A DNA stretch of 64,000 bases from Eledone cirrhosa. Lineage: Eukaryota. The notes beneath the pieces are model-generated. The model was not told the origin of the DNA, did not search any database, and saw only the letters and a list, made by a program, of their open reading frames with translations. How positions within the stretch are numbered: position 1 is the stretch's first letter; every line of letters starts with the position of its first letter. Position numbers and translations under genes: made by a program. Positions 51,142 to 57,770 of this stretch are shown here, piece by piece. The stretch is taken from NCBI GenBank assembly GCA_964016885.1, contig OZ024740.1, forward strand, positions 17,484,001-17,548,000, read 5' to 3'.

Positions 51142-54100
51142 ATGATGACTTGTTTTATGTTGTTGTTTTTCAGAATTTCCAGTCAAATGAATCAATGTAT
51201 TAAAAGCTGGCTCGGTGAACAAAACACTTTGCTGGAAGAGGTGTTCCCCATTCAGTGTATGTCACTTGCTAAAAGCCGAAAAATTCAAATTTCATTTCGT
51301 CACATTATAAAGGAATGTACTTATTGTAAGTTAATAAACAGTTTTTGTGGTTGTTGTTGTTGTCGTAGCTGTGGATACAGCATGGACAAATGGTTAAGCA
51401 CTGGATGAGATACCTTCTGGTATTTGTTTCAGTTCTTTACCTTGAGTTCAAATTATTCTGTGTCCTACTTGTGTAGTATACCCAATCTGTTGTCCAGTTA
51501 GCATGACCACCTAGTCCTTGGGTGTCTTTAGCTTGTAACATACTCCACTATGTTACAAGTATTTAGACGAGAGCATAGGTGTGAGGATATCCCCCCCCCC
51601 CATTCATGTCATGTAGGTAGTCAGTGAACCAATTAGGTGGGATTTATTAATCTATTGATTTAATGTGTGTTAATAAGATTATGATTGCTCACACTATTGA
51701 CCTCATCTTTGGTGTAGGTCTAAATATTGAAGTAAATATTGGATTTAATAAACACACAATTGTAGAATATTGACAAAATACTTGCAGCATTTCTTCTGGT
51801 CCTTTTAGCTTTTCAGTTCAAATCCTGCAAATACCAACTCTGCCTTTCATCCTTCTGGATTTGATAGAATAAAGTACCAGTCATATACTGGGGTTAATGT
51901 AATCAACTTTCCCTCGACATTACTGCCTAAATTAGAAACCATGTAATGTGGTAGTGCTGGTGCCACAAAAAGAAAAACACACCCAGTACATTTTGTAGGT
52001 GATTGGTGTTAGGAAGGACATCTAGCCATAGAAACCAAGCCAAATATAGATGGAACATAAGATATTGACATGTCTGGTCCTAGCTTCAAAAGTGACAACC
52101 CATGCTAACATAGAAAGCAAATGTAAAGACGATGTTGATAATATTGTTATTTTGATACACTTACTCAGCCACATACAAAAATGCTTGTAACTCGTCTAAC
52201 TCATGCTAACCTGGAAAATGGACATTAAACGGGGGTGATGATGATGTTTAACCCTTTAGCATTCGCATTAATTTTCAAACGTCATGCTTATCTGTTCGCA
52301 TTATTTTGAGTTAATCGTCCCTTTATGATCTGAGCTCAAATCCCGCCGATGTTAACTTTGCCTTTCATCTTTACGGGGTCGATAAAATAAAGTACCAGTA
52401 ATGCACTGGGTAATTGCTGGCCTTGTGCCTAAAGTAGAAACAATTATTTTGAGTTAATCATACTCAAGAGGGTTATCAATTTTATTTGTTTGTAATTTTC
52501 TTAATTTTCTATGTGCAGGCTTGAAATTTTGTCAGTGGATGTTTAAATATCAATAATATACAATTATATAATTTTACCTGATTTTTTTTTTGGTCAAATT
52601 TGACTTTTATGGGCAGGTGAAATTAATTAATAGGGGCATTTGAAATATCAACCAGGTGCAAATACTGGTTTAATTTTAAATACGTTGTTTTCGGCATAAT
52701 ACTTGATATATAAGGATCACTAAACCTTATATCAGTGTTCCAGTAATTCCACAGTCTTGAAAATTGTTTTATACCGAACATAATATTTACGGTAAAAAAT
52801 GCTTGCATTTCCGCAGCATCTGTCGGTCGCCATAACAGATTGGGTTTTCCTCGATTTGAAATCTGTTGTTGGGTATATCGATTAATCTCTTCTGCCACAA
52901 CTTCAAAGAAAGTTTGTGGTAAAAACAAAAAGAAATAATCCAGTGCTTTATTATCGGAAGCTAATGTGTGTTGTGGATCAGTATTTTGAATAAAATCAGG
53001 AACATATATTAGTGTGGTATTTTTCAACCACGTTGCTGTAATATTTTCAATGGTGTCCTGGAGATCTCCTTCGTTTTCACTTTCAAAACAACAATCATCG
53101 TCGGACGAAATTTCAGAAATATAAACATCAGATTCATTTGAAGATAAATCACTAATATTATCGTTTTTTTCTTATTTATTCTGAATGTCGTCGTGTGTAA
53201 AACCTTCAAAGTCGATATCGCTACTTTCATAAGCCATGTTGATACAAAAAAAAAAATTTGTTGTACTTTCAAAGTTAAAAAAAACACTTGTTGTTTTAAG
53301 TTTTCACTATATTGAGTGTTAATTTTTGCGGTAAAGGCCTAATCTCGCAGTAATCTCAAATTGACGAGATTTTGATGGTTTGTTTATTTTTAGAACAATT
53401 TTTTTTAGTGTGGGTGTTATCGGGCGATTTCGGGTGGCTTAAACAAATGAAGGGGAAATAATTTCGTTCAGTTTGAACACTAAAGGGTTAACCCTTTAGT
53501 ATCTACATTACTCTATATATACTATTGTACTTTCACGGTAAAGGTTTCTCACATAATATCGAATCTGAGATTTTGATATTTAATTTGAGAGCAATACCTT
53601 CACATCAGTATGAGCGGCCAGTTTGAACAGAAAGAGGAGAGAAAATTCTGGCCGAATGTGGCCGGTTTAAATACTAAAGGGTTAAAGGTTGGATTGTGTT
53701 GAAAACATGTTTCTGTTTTTATTGTTTTCACATGTGATTTACTCTGTCTCTAGATGAAGGTTATCTCCTGTTTCTGGTCCATGTCAACGATATAGCAGCA
53801 CTACAAATTGGTTGCAGGTTAAAAGGAGAATCTGTGGTATCTCAGGTGTGGTTGAATGGTGTTTTAGAGAAACAAGTATCCTTGGTAAGTAGACTTTATC
53901 ATCAGTTTATAACACCACCAACACTTGAATAGAGTCTACTTTGTTGAAAATATTTTAACCAAGTTTCCTCCAGTTTTGGAGGATAGGGGATGCTTTACTC
54001 CCTATTTTCCACTAATTTTGAAGGCCCTGAAAATAGACATGGGCATGAGCTAAACAACAATTTAAAAAATAGCTATTTTTGTTTGTTTTATCATATACTA

Positions 54101-54316
54101 AACTTAAGGGCTAGAAAAATAAAACCCCTATGTAGTCAGAGCTCTGCTAGACAAAGCAGCCTAATCTCTCTCAAATCACACCTTTTTTTTTTAAAAAGCA
54201 ATGATAAAATTGGATAAATATTGTTCTTTGCACACTGAATAAAAGATGGGATGGTGACAAGTGGAACACCTTTGATCATGAGTCTGGATCAGAGTTGTCT
54301 TGGAGCTAAACAACAG

Positions 54317-54366
<50 letters not shown>

Positions 54367-55609
54367 CGTGAACCTAATAAACCTTTATTTGTCTGCCTCT
54401 CAGTTTTGTTCCCGTCTAAATTTGCACTATATATATATATATGTATATCGACAGTCGATTGACTTTCGTCAAGCAATGTTTCCGTTGGTCTTTCCAATTC
54501 CTAAATATATATATATATATATATATTCATCATCATCATTTAATGTCTGATATTTAAAGTTGGGTGTCACATTTTATTTTTATTTGTAGCCATCAAAGTT
54601 TGTGATGTCATTCAGGAATCTCAGGCATGGAGACAACACACTGCTTATTGAAACATACCCTGACGTTAGGGTAAGTTGCTTTTTCATCCTTCCTTCTAAC
54701 AACACACACACTGTTGAATTGGTACCTTGATCAGTTTCCAAACAAAAACCCACTACTTATTGCTGGAAGCTTTGTAAATTTCAGTCGGATAGTCTGTATT
54801 TTGTTGCTTGACCTGCAGCAAATAGTAACCAAATAACTCTTCAATTCCAACCCCCCTTTTGTTACCAACCTGGTTAAAATCAGTTTTGATTCTATCAAAC
54901 AAAACCACCAATTTAAATGGATTCTTGTTTAAATTAAAATCTTCCAATAATTTTATATAAGAACCATGTTAAATTACTATCTTAGTAATGAAATAAGTAA
55001 TAATTTTAATAAATCCCTCAAAATTCTTCATTAATTAATTGAAATAGTGAATTTCATTGGAAATACAGTAACAAAAAGGATAAAAATTTGTAAAACACTA
55101 CATTTTGTGTGTACATATAGACATGGATAGAGAAATAGAATCAGAATTGTTTCATTTACGCTCAGAGTTGCTGAAGCATGGAACCTGCAGGAATTATTAA
55201 CTGTCGAGACACTACATACTTCAAAACTTCCATGCTTCCTGAAATTTGATACACCTGATATTCCTCCTTCACACACGTGTGTGTCTATGTATATCATGAC
55301 TCATACTCTGTTCACTTTCCTGACATTTGTGCATTATTCTATGTACTGTACATGCACCTTTAATGACTTGTAGTGCACCTGAGCACAGTATACAATAATT
55401 TTCATTATTTATTTTTAAGTTCCTCACTGCAAAAATTTGAATAGGTGAATATACTCCAACACATGTATTAAGTACTTATGTTTTCTCCCATTGCTACAAA
55501 TAAATGTTCACACCTTCTTTTATACATATATATATATTTATTCTCTCTCTTTTTCTTCCAGATAACGTTATTAATATGTGCATATAAAATTAGGATGAAT
55601 ACTGGTTGA
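10389..55609 (+). CDS. MPHOSPH8: MPP8 (M-phase phosphoprotein 8)-like gene, spliced: join(10389..11249,37324..37406,44638..44704,45727..45861,46354..46451,47407..47651,51174..51325,53754..53884,54590..54670,55562..55609)
   Basis: All junctions are GT-AG with compatible phases (1,0,1,1,0,2,1,0,0), giving one open frame to TGA at 55607..55609. Ankyrin repeats are followed by [58 protein letters not shown]. These match, in order, human MPP8 LLEPVFPIAC, GILLFIFH, ARLCGPCSVQAVVLND, SHFVYSF, GPNKLFI, VKLLIGAYRV (human sequence recalled from memory). Confidence 0.85.
11571..11664. repeat. Fold-back inverted repeat, 32-bp perfect arms, degenerate hammerhead-like core on the - strand (11597..11619)
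   Basis: aaatggcttctacaggactagaactgtttcat ... atgaaacagttctagtcctgtagaagccattt; - strand reads CTGGTGA-t-ttc-tttt-gaa-t-GAAA. Confidence 0.85.
13047..13083. repeat. Perfect 17-bp-arm hairpin
   Basis: ggtgaacatattgtcat-ggg-atgacaatatgttcacc. Confidence 0.9.
13380..13752 (-). mobile_element. TTAA-flanked piggyBac-type MITE (family A) interrupted by a ~160-bp tRNA-containing insert
   Basis: Both parts align to the reverse complement of the uninterrupted copy 45463..45681; ends ...taaaggg-TTAA. Confidence 0.75.
13499..13569 (+). pseudogene. Degenerate tRNA-Gly(GCC)-derived sequence
   Basis: gcatcagtggttcagtggtagaatgctc...cctggccaatgca follows eukaryotic tRNA-Gly(GCC) over 71 nt; anticodon reads gag, and the T-arm and anticodon stem are mutated. 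Confidence 0.8.
14059..14258. mobile_element. TTAA-flanked piggyBac-type MITE (family B)
   Basis: TTAA-ccctttagtattt ... aaatgctaaaggg-TTAA; second copy at 53492..53681. Confidence 0.85.
14277..14483 (+). mobile_element. SINE family 1
   Basis: gtggattggcag head, gagttcaaatcc B-box, ttgcctttcatcc, ccttgtgcctaa tail. Confidence 0.85.
15101..15327 (+). mobile_element. SINE family 1, full-length reference copy
   Basis: tRNA-like head (tggcagtatcggtagagc), B-box, conserved body, (att)n tail; more than 15 related copies in the window. Confidence 0.9.
15464..18187. repeat. 31-bp satellite (ttaacctgacacagtctatattaacctctag), about 88 units
   Basis: Direct reading; recurrent variants (cct/cca/tct, gtc/gac, 2-bp deletion). 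Confidence 0.98.
19590..19990 (-). mobile_element. Old RTE-clade LINE ORF fragment (C-terminal region)
   Basis: - strand translates [42 protein letters not shown], the RTE-type RWxGHxxRM...GRRPRG block. Confidence 0.7.
20325..20755. repeat. Degenerate tandem repeat (tgttgcaca.tgacaattgcat core)
   Basis: Multiple imperfect copies, including a ~60-bp duplication at about 20558 and 20650. Confidence 0.7.
22180..22420. repeat. 39-bp minisatellite, about 6 units
   Basis: ctcctatatatacagctcctatgactgttataggggtct repeated. Confidence 0.92.
22885..22979. mobile_element. 95-bp TA-flanked fold-back element (MITE-like)
   Basis: TA-ggaaaatgttagaccccg ... cggggtctaacattttcc-TA perfect terminal inverted repeats, with an internal hairpin. 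Confidence 0.7.
23215..27085 (-). mobile_element. Tx1/L1-clade non-LTR retrotransposon, 5'-truncated and frameshifted (ORF1 C-terminus plus ORF2 EN-RT-zf)
   Basis: APE endonuclease ([26 protein letters not shown]); RT ([41 protein letters not shown]); C-terminal CxxC...[10 protein letters not shown]; ORF2 ATG at 26785; flanked by gtaagata at 23207..23214 and 27086..27093. Confidence 0.93.
27097..27764 (+). repeat. 46-bp tandem array (about 11 units, 27097..27600) running into an RTE-type 3' tail
   Basis: cctagcccacactgtaaagttgtcctgtaggtgtcacaataaaaca repeated, then gtgttaggaagggcatcca...(gat)n as at 50700..50862. Confidence 0.92.
27799..27988 (-). mobile_element. SINE family 1
   Basis: Near-identical to 2452..2648. 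Confidence 0.88.
28480..28515 (-). ncRNA. Type I hammerhead ribozyme motif, degenerate (family 2)
   Basis: - strand tctt-CTGATGA-a-gga-ctagtt-tcc-GAAA-tgtt-aaga; lies in a ~190-bp repeat homologous to 47960..48188. Confidence 0.6.
29025..29212. repeat. ~32-bp C-rich minisatellite, about 6 units
   Basis: attcttctgtgaccctacagcccc repeated imperfectly. Confidence 0.85.
30143..30753 (+). mobile_element. Hammerhead-bearing repeat in partial tandem (about 1.4 units of 420-440 bp), retrozyme / Penelope pLTR-like
   Basis: 30143..30313 is repeated at 30561..30753; one hammerhead between; second diverged copy at 31643..31950. Confidence 0.7.
30425..30467 (+). ncRNA. Type I hammerhead ribozyme (family 1)
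   Basis: acgttg-CTGACGA-t-agct-aata-agct-t-GAAA-ctag-TA-cagcgt: intact core, 6-bp helix I, 4-bp helix II, palindromic ACTAGT helix III, GUA cleavage triplet. Confidence 0.85.
31643..31950 (+). mobile_element. Second copy of the hammerhead-bearing repeat
   Basis: Colinear with 30290..30590; bounded by (TA)n. Confidence 0.75.
31787..31829 (+). ncRNA. Type I hammerhead ribozyme (family 1)
   Basis: acgatg-CTGATGA-t-agct-aata-agct-t-GAAA-ccag-TA-catcgt: intact core, perfect 6-bp helix I. Confidence 0.85.
32910..33069. repeat. Fold-back inverted repeat, ~60-bp arms around a (TG)/(TA)/(CA) centre
   Basis: cacctatttttttttattccaacacttgtgtgcatg.acgaataaatgtgtg and its reverse complement. Confidence 0.88.
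35235..35415 (-). mobile_element. SINE family 1
   Basis: Colinear with 2452..2648. Confidence 0.85.
35590..36330 (+). pseudogene. Tc1/mariner-superfamily (maT/DD37D-like) transposase relic
   Basis: Frameshifted blocks [52 protein letters not shown] typical of maT-type transposases. Confidence 0.78.
37324..37406 (+). CDS. MPHOSPH8: MPP8-like exon ([27 protein letters not shown])
   Basis: tttttcattattttccag| acceptor, gag|gtaatg donor; phases 1/0 bridge the neighbouring exons. Confidence 0.65.
37601..37751. repeat. Near-perfect 151-bp palindrome (75-bp arms, 1-nt spacer, 1 mismatch)
   Basis: Centre ttctgaaact-g-agtttcagaa at 37676; single-arm copy at 38561..38631; flank shared with 30762..30875. 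Confidence 0.95.
38107..38443 (+). mobile_element. SINE family 2 (tRNA head, CORE-like block, RTE-derived tail)
   Basis: tggcttaggggttagagc A-box, gagttcaattc B-box, ccttgagcaagacacttta, gtgttaggaagggcatcca tail. Confidence 0.88.
38634..39055 (+). mobile_element. SINE family 2 with two internal ~46-bp units and (gat)n tail
   Basis: Colinear with 38107..38443; tail matches the LINE 3' end at 50695..50862. Confidence 0.88.
39730..40768. repeat. 38-bp satellite (tgtttgataactaacattacttctaaacatattctcta; 36- and 34-bp variants), about 28 units
   Basis: Direct reading. Confidence 0.97.
42352..42387 (-). ncRNA. Type I hammerhead ribozyme motif (family 2-like)
   Basis: - strand tctt-CTGATGA-tt-gac-tagt-gtc-t-GAAA-cgtt-aaga. 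Confidence 0.7.
42941..43061. repeat. 21-bp minisatellite, about 6 units
   Basis: ctgggtagtgtggtaccctgc repeated. Confidence 0.9.
43657..43855. repeat. Inverted repeat (~43-bp arms) enclosing a CTGAAGA motif
   Basis: atgaagtttcatttacatgtatttagat..gtgtatcaacc / ggttgatacac..atctaaatacatgtaaacgaaacttcat; CTGAAGA at 43731..43737. Confidence 0.8.
43876..44211 (-). mobile_element. SINE family 2
   Basis: Reverse complement near-identical to 38107..38443. Confidence 0.88.
44638..44704 (+). CDS. MPHOSPH8: MPP8-like exon ([22 protein letters not shown])
   Basis: tttttacag| acceptor, aatg|gtaagt donor, phases 0/1. Confidence 0.75.
45463..45681. mobile_element. TTAA-flanked piggyBac-type MITE (family A), intact
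   Basis: TTAA-cccttt ... aaaggg-TTAA; degenerate relatives near 41400..41660, 44710..44915 and 54850..55085. Confidence 0.85.
45727..45861 (+). CDS. MPHOSPH8: MPP8-like exon, first ankyrin repeats ([21 protein letters not shown]...[12 protein letters not shown])
   Basis: Canonical splice sites, phases 1/1; resembles human MPP8 AVKNGDY..VKVAL...SGMTLVM. Confidence 0.9.
45961..46139. mobile_element. Tc1/pogo-type MITE relic
   Basis: Imperfect terminal inverted repeats tatatactcgaatataagccga / tcggctttgttcaaatatatacggta. Confidence 0.55.
46354..46451 (+). CDS. MPHOSPH8: MPP8-like ankyrin exon ([33 protein letters not shown])
   Basis: Canonical sites, phases 1/0, GETAL ankyrin motif. Confidence 0.92.
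47407..47651 (+). CDS. MPHOSPH8: MPP8-like ankyrin exon ([15 protein letters not shown]...[27 protein letters not shown]...)
   Basis: Clear ankyrin consensus; ttgtag| acceptor, aa|gtaagc donor, phases 0/2. Confidence 0.95.
47853..47954 (-). ncRNA. Hammerhead-like motif forming the entire loop (47882..47925) of a perfect 29-bp inverted repeat
   Basis: - strand ctgaa-CTGATGA-t-cc-gactaa-gg-t-GAAA-caattg-TT-ctcgg; palindromic ACAATTGT helix III; helix I has one mismatch. Confidence 0.6.
48069..48104 (+). ncRNA. Minimal type I hammerhead ribozyme (family 2)
   Basis: tctt-CTGATGA-a-ggac-tagc-gtcc-GAAA-cgtt-aaga: intact core, 4-bp helices I and II, loopless palindromic AACGTT helix III. Confidence 0.75.
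48223..50862 (+). mobile_element. RTE-clade LINE, 5'-truncated, uninterrupted RT ORF (48223..50463, 746 aa), 3' UTR and (GAT)n tail
   Basis: [73 protein letters not shown]; no endonuclease domain; inserted in (TA)n. Confidence 0.96.
51174..51325 (+). CDS. MPHOSPH8: MPP8-like exon, start of the C-terminal domain ([28 protein letters not shown]...)
   Basis: Canonical sites, phases 2/1; [10 protein letters not shown] resembles MPP8 LLEPVFPIAC. Confidence 0.9.
52317..52442 (+). mobile_element. 5'-truncated SINE family 1 with 17-bp target-site duplication, nested in a TTAA-ccc MITE-like fragment
   Basis: attattttgagttaatc at 52300..52316 and 52443..52459. Confidence 0.88.
52623..53487 (-). mobile_element. 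piggyBac element 5' part: terminus, 5' UTR and truncated transposase pseudogene (ATG at 53237)
   Basis: Acidic N-terminus [13 protein letters not shown]...(one in-frame stop) in frame with [36 protein letters not shown]; terminus TTAA-cccttt at 53491..53482. Confidence 0.88.
53492..53681. mobile_element. TTAA-flanked MITE family B sharing the TTAA of the piggyBac end
   Basis: aaaggg-TTAA-ccctttagtat ... atactaaaggg-TTAA; colinear with 14059..14258. Confidence 0.87.
53754..53884 (+). CDS. MPHOSPH8: MPP8-like C-terminal domain exon ([12 protein letters not shown]...[24 protein letters not shown])
   Basis: Canonical sites, phases 1/0; not in the ORF track. Confidence 0.9.
54590..54670 (+). CDS. 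MPHOSPH8: MPP8-like C-terminal domain exon ([27 protein letters not shown])
   Basis: tttgtag| acceptor, agg|gtaagt donor, phases 0/0. Confidence 0.88.
55145..55410 (+). mobile_element. CR1-clade LINE 3' fragment
   Basis: Diverged inverse of 62585..62860 (acgctcagagttgctgaagcatggaac ... gtagtgcacctgagcac). Confidence 0.8.
55562..55609 (+). CDS. MPHOSPH8: MPP8-like terminal coding exon ([15 protein letters not shown])
   Basis: Long pyrimidine tract + cag acceptor; resembles the MPP8 terminus VKLLIGAYRVQLQ*; candidate AATAAA at 56101. Confidence 0.88.
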   Translation: MTLLICAYKIRMNTG

Positions 55610-56774
55610 AAATATTTGTCGGCGACAGTAAGAAAATGTTCGAAATTTAGAAAAAAAATACCAGGTGAAACGATAACAGATAGGAAAGAGGAAAACAACG
55701 TGAAAAAAGTGAGAAAAGGAAACACAAAGTAACCTTTACCCTTTGTCTTTCATATATAAAGGAGGAAACGCTATTATTATTGCCCTAATTTATATCGACA
55801 AATAGACACATGGAAAGCAATAGTCTGGTGATTTAGGAATTCAAGCAGGTTTGTGAACTCCCAGTTCATTGTATAGTTAGTGGAAGTGAAGTTCACACTC
55901 CTCCAACACTACCAAAATTAAACCACCCCACCATCAGCAGCATTTATTGCAAAGGTTATAATAGTGAACACAAATACAGAGTTCATTTTCCACAGCAAGT
56001 ATAACCAAATTACTATCATTGCTATTATTATTATTATTATTATTATTACATGGACCATACCGTTTCACCAAGGAGTTGTTTCCTCACAATCCCCAATCTG
56101 AATAAATTAACGAAGGAGGTTCCTACCATTGACACCAGACGGAGGATCGCTGTCGTCACCGCTGAGGCTGTTTGTCAATGTTGTCGTCATAGTAACGACC
56201 CTGAGATGCCCCACCCCCTCTTTTTTTTTCTCTCTAACACCTGGACACTGAGACAATTCAGAATCCTTGAGTCACCCCATCCCAAACAGAAAAACAAACA
56301 CAAAGAAGAAGAAAAAAATTAAATTCCACACAACCACTTTATATATGCATAATATATATAATATATATATATATACATGTATATGTGTGTGTATATATGT
56401 ATATGTGTGTGTGTGTATATATATATATATATACACACATAGACATGTACACCACTTCTCTCACTTAGACATCCTCCAACCAGATGTCTTACCTGACTCA
56501 CATGGTTCTCACTGACTTTGCTAGAAACCTCGGAATGTAAAGCTAAGTACTGTGTTGGTTTGTTGTGCTGCCACCGTTGTCGTAATCCTCACTCGACCAA
56601 TATTCTCAACTTTCAAAGCTGATCAACCAAGACTTGATATAATAACAGTAATATACTGGGTGAGGAGTACCTGTTCAAACCCTGCTCACTGCTGAGAGCA
56701 TGATCAACCAATCAGTTAAGAAAACACAGAAAAAATAGAGAAAGTAAGAGGTAGACATCACATCTTTCTTGATG

Positions 56775-56850
56775 GAGACTGGATGTTAAAATATGCTTGA
56801 CACCTGGCGTGTGAGACTGGATGTTAAAATATGCTTGACACCTGGCGTGT
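56775..56850. repeat. Perfect 38-bp tandem duplication
   Basis: gagactggatgttaaaatatgcttgacacctggcgtgt x2. Confidence 0.95.
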
Positions 56851-56994
56851 CAATGCACTTTTTTTTTTTCTTGAGAAGGATTTCTTGTTTTGTTTCCTTT
56901 TTTTTTCTTTCTTCTCACCAACAGAATTTGTTCATCAGTTGCTAATTGCTACTGTTATTATTAATTATTCTTTTATTATTATTATTACTATTAT

Positions 56995-57770
56995 GCCAGT
57001 GGATTGGCAGAAATTGGTTAGAGCATTGGACGAAATGCCTTGAGGTATTTGGTCACACATCCCCCCTCCCCCTGTTATACAATACTGAGTTCAAATCCCA
57101 CCCTGGGTCAACTTTTGCCTTTCATCCTCCCCAGAGTTGAGGCAGGATTGATAAAATAAAGTACCAGCCAAATTACTGGGGTCGATCTAATCATTGATTG
57201 TTCCTTCCCTTAAAATGGGAGGCTTTGTTGCCCCCAATACTTAGAAAATCGTCATTGTCATCATCATCATCATTATTATTATAAGGGCAGTGGGTTGGCA
57301 GAATCAGTAGAGCTTCGAACAACAAGCTTAACAGCATATAGTTGTGTCCCTTTAAATTCTGAGTTCAAATCCCGCCGAGGTTAACTTTGCCTTTCATCCT
57401 TACAAGGTCGATAAAACAAAGTAGCAGTCACGCACTGGGGTCGATTTAATCGACTTTCCCCTCCCCCCCCAAATTGCTGGCCTTGTGCCTATCTAAGAAA
57501 CCATTATTATTATAGAAGCAGTGGATGGCAGAAATGATGGAGTATTGGACTAAATATTTTGTGTTATTTAGTTTCATGTTCTGTATATTATGAACTCTGA
57601 AATCTCACTGGGGCTAGCTTTGCCTTTCGTCCCTCTGGTAGGGGCCAATATATAAAATACCTGTCATGAACTGAGGAAGGATTCAGATTCACCCCTTCCT
57701 CCCCCATCTCTTATCAATTCATGGTCATGTATGGGACAAATGTAAAAAAAAAAAACATCATTATTATTAT
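56995..57770 (+). mobile_element. Three head-to-tail SINE family 1 copies of different ages
   Basis: Heads near 56997, 57286 and 57518, each following the (att)n tail of the previous one; further copies at 58432..58652 and 59086..59277. Confidence 0.82.
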
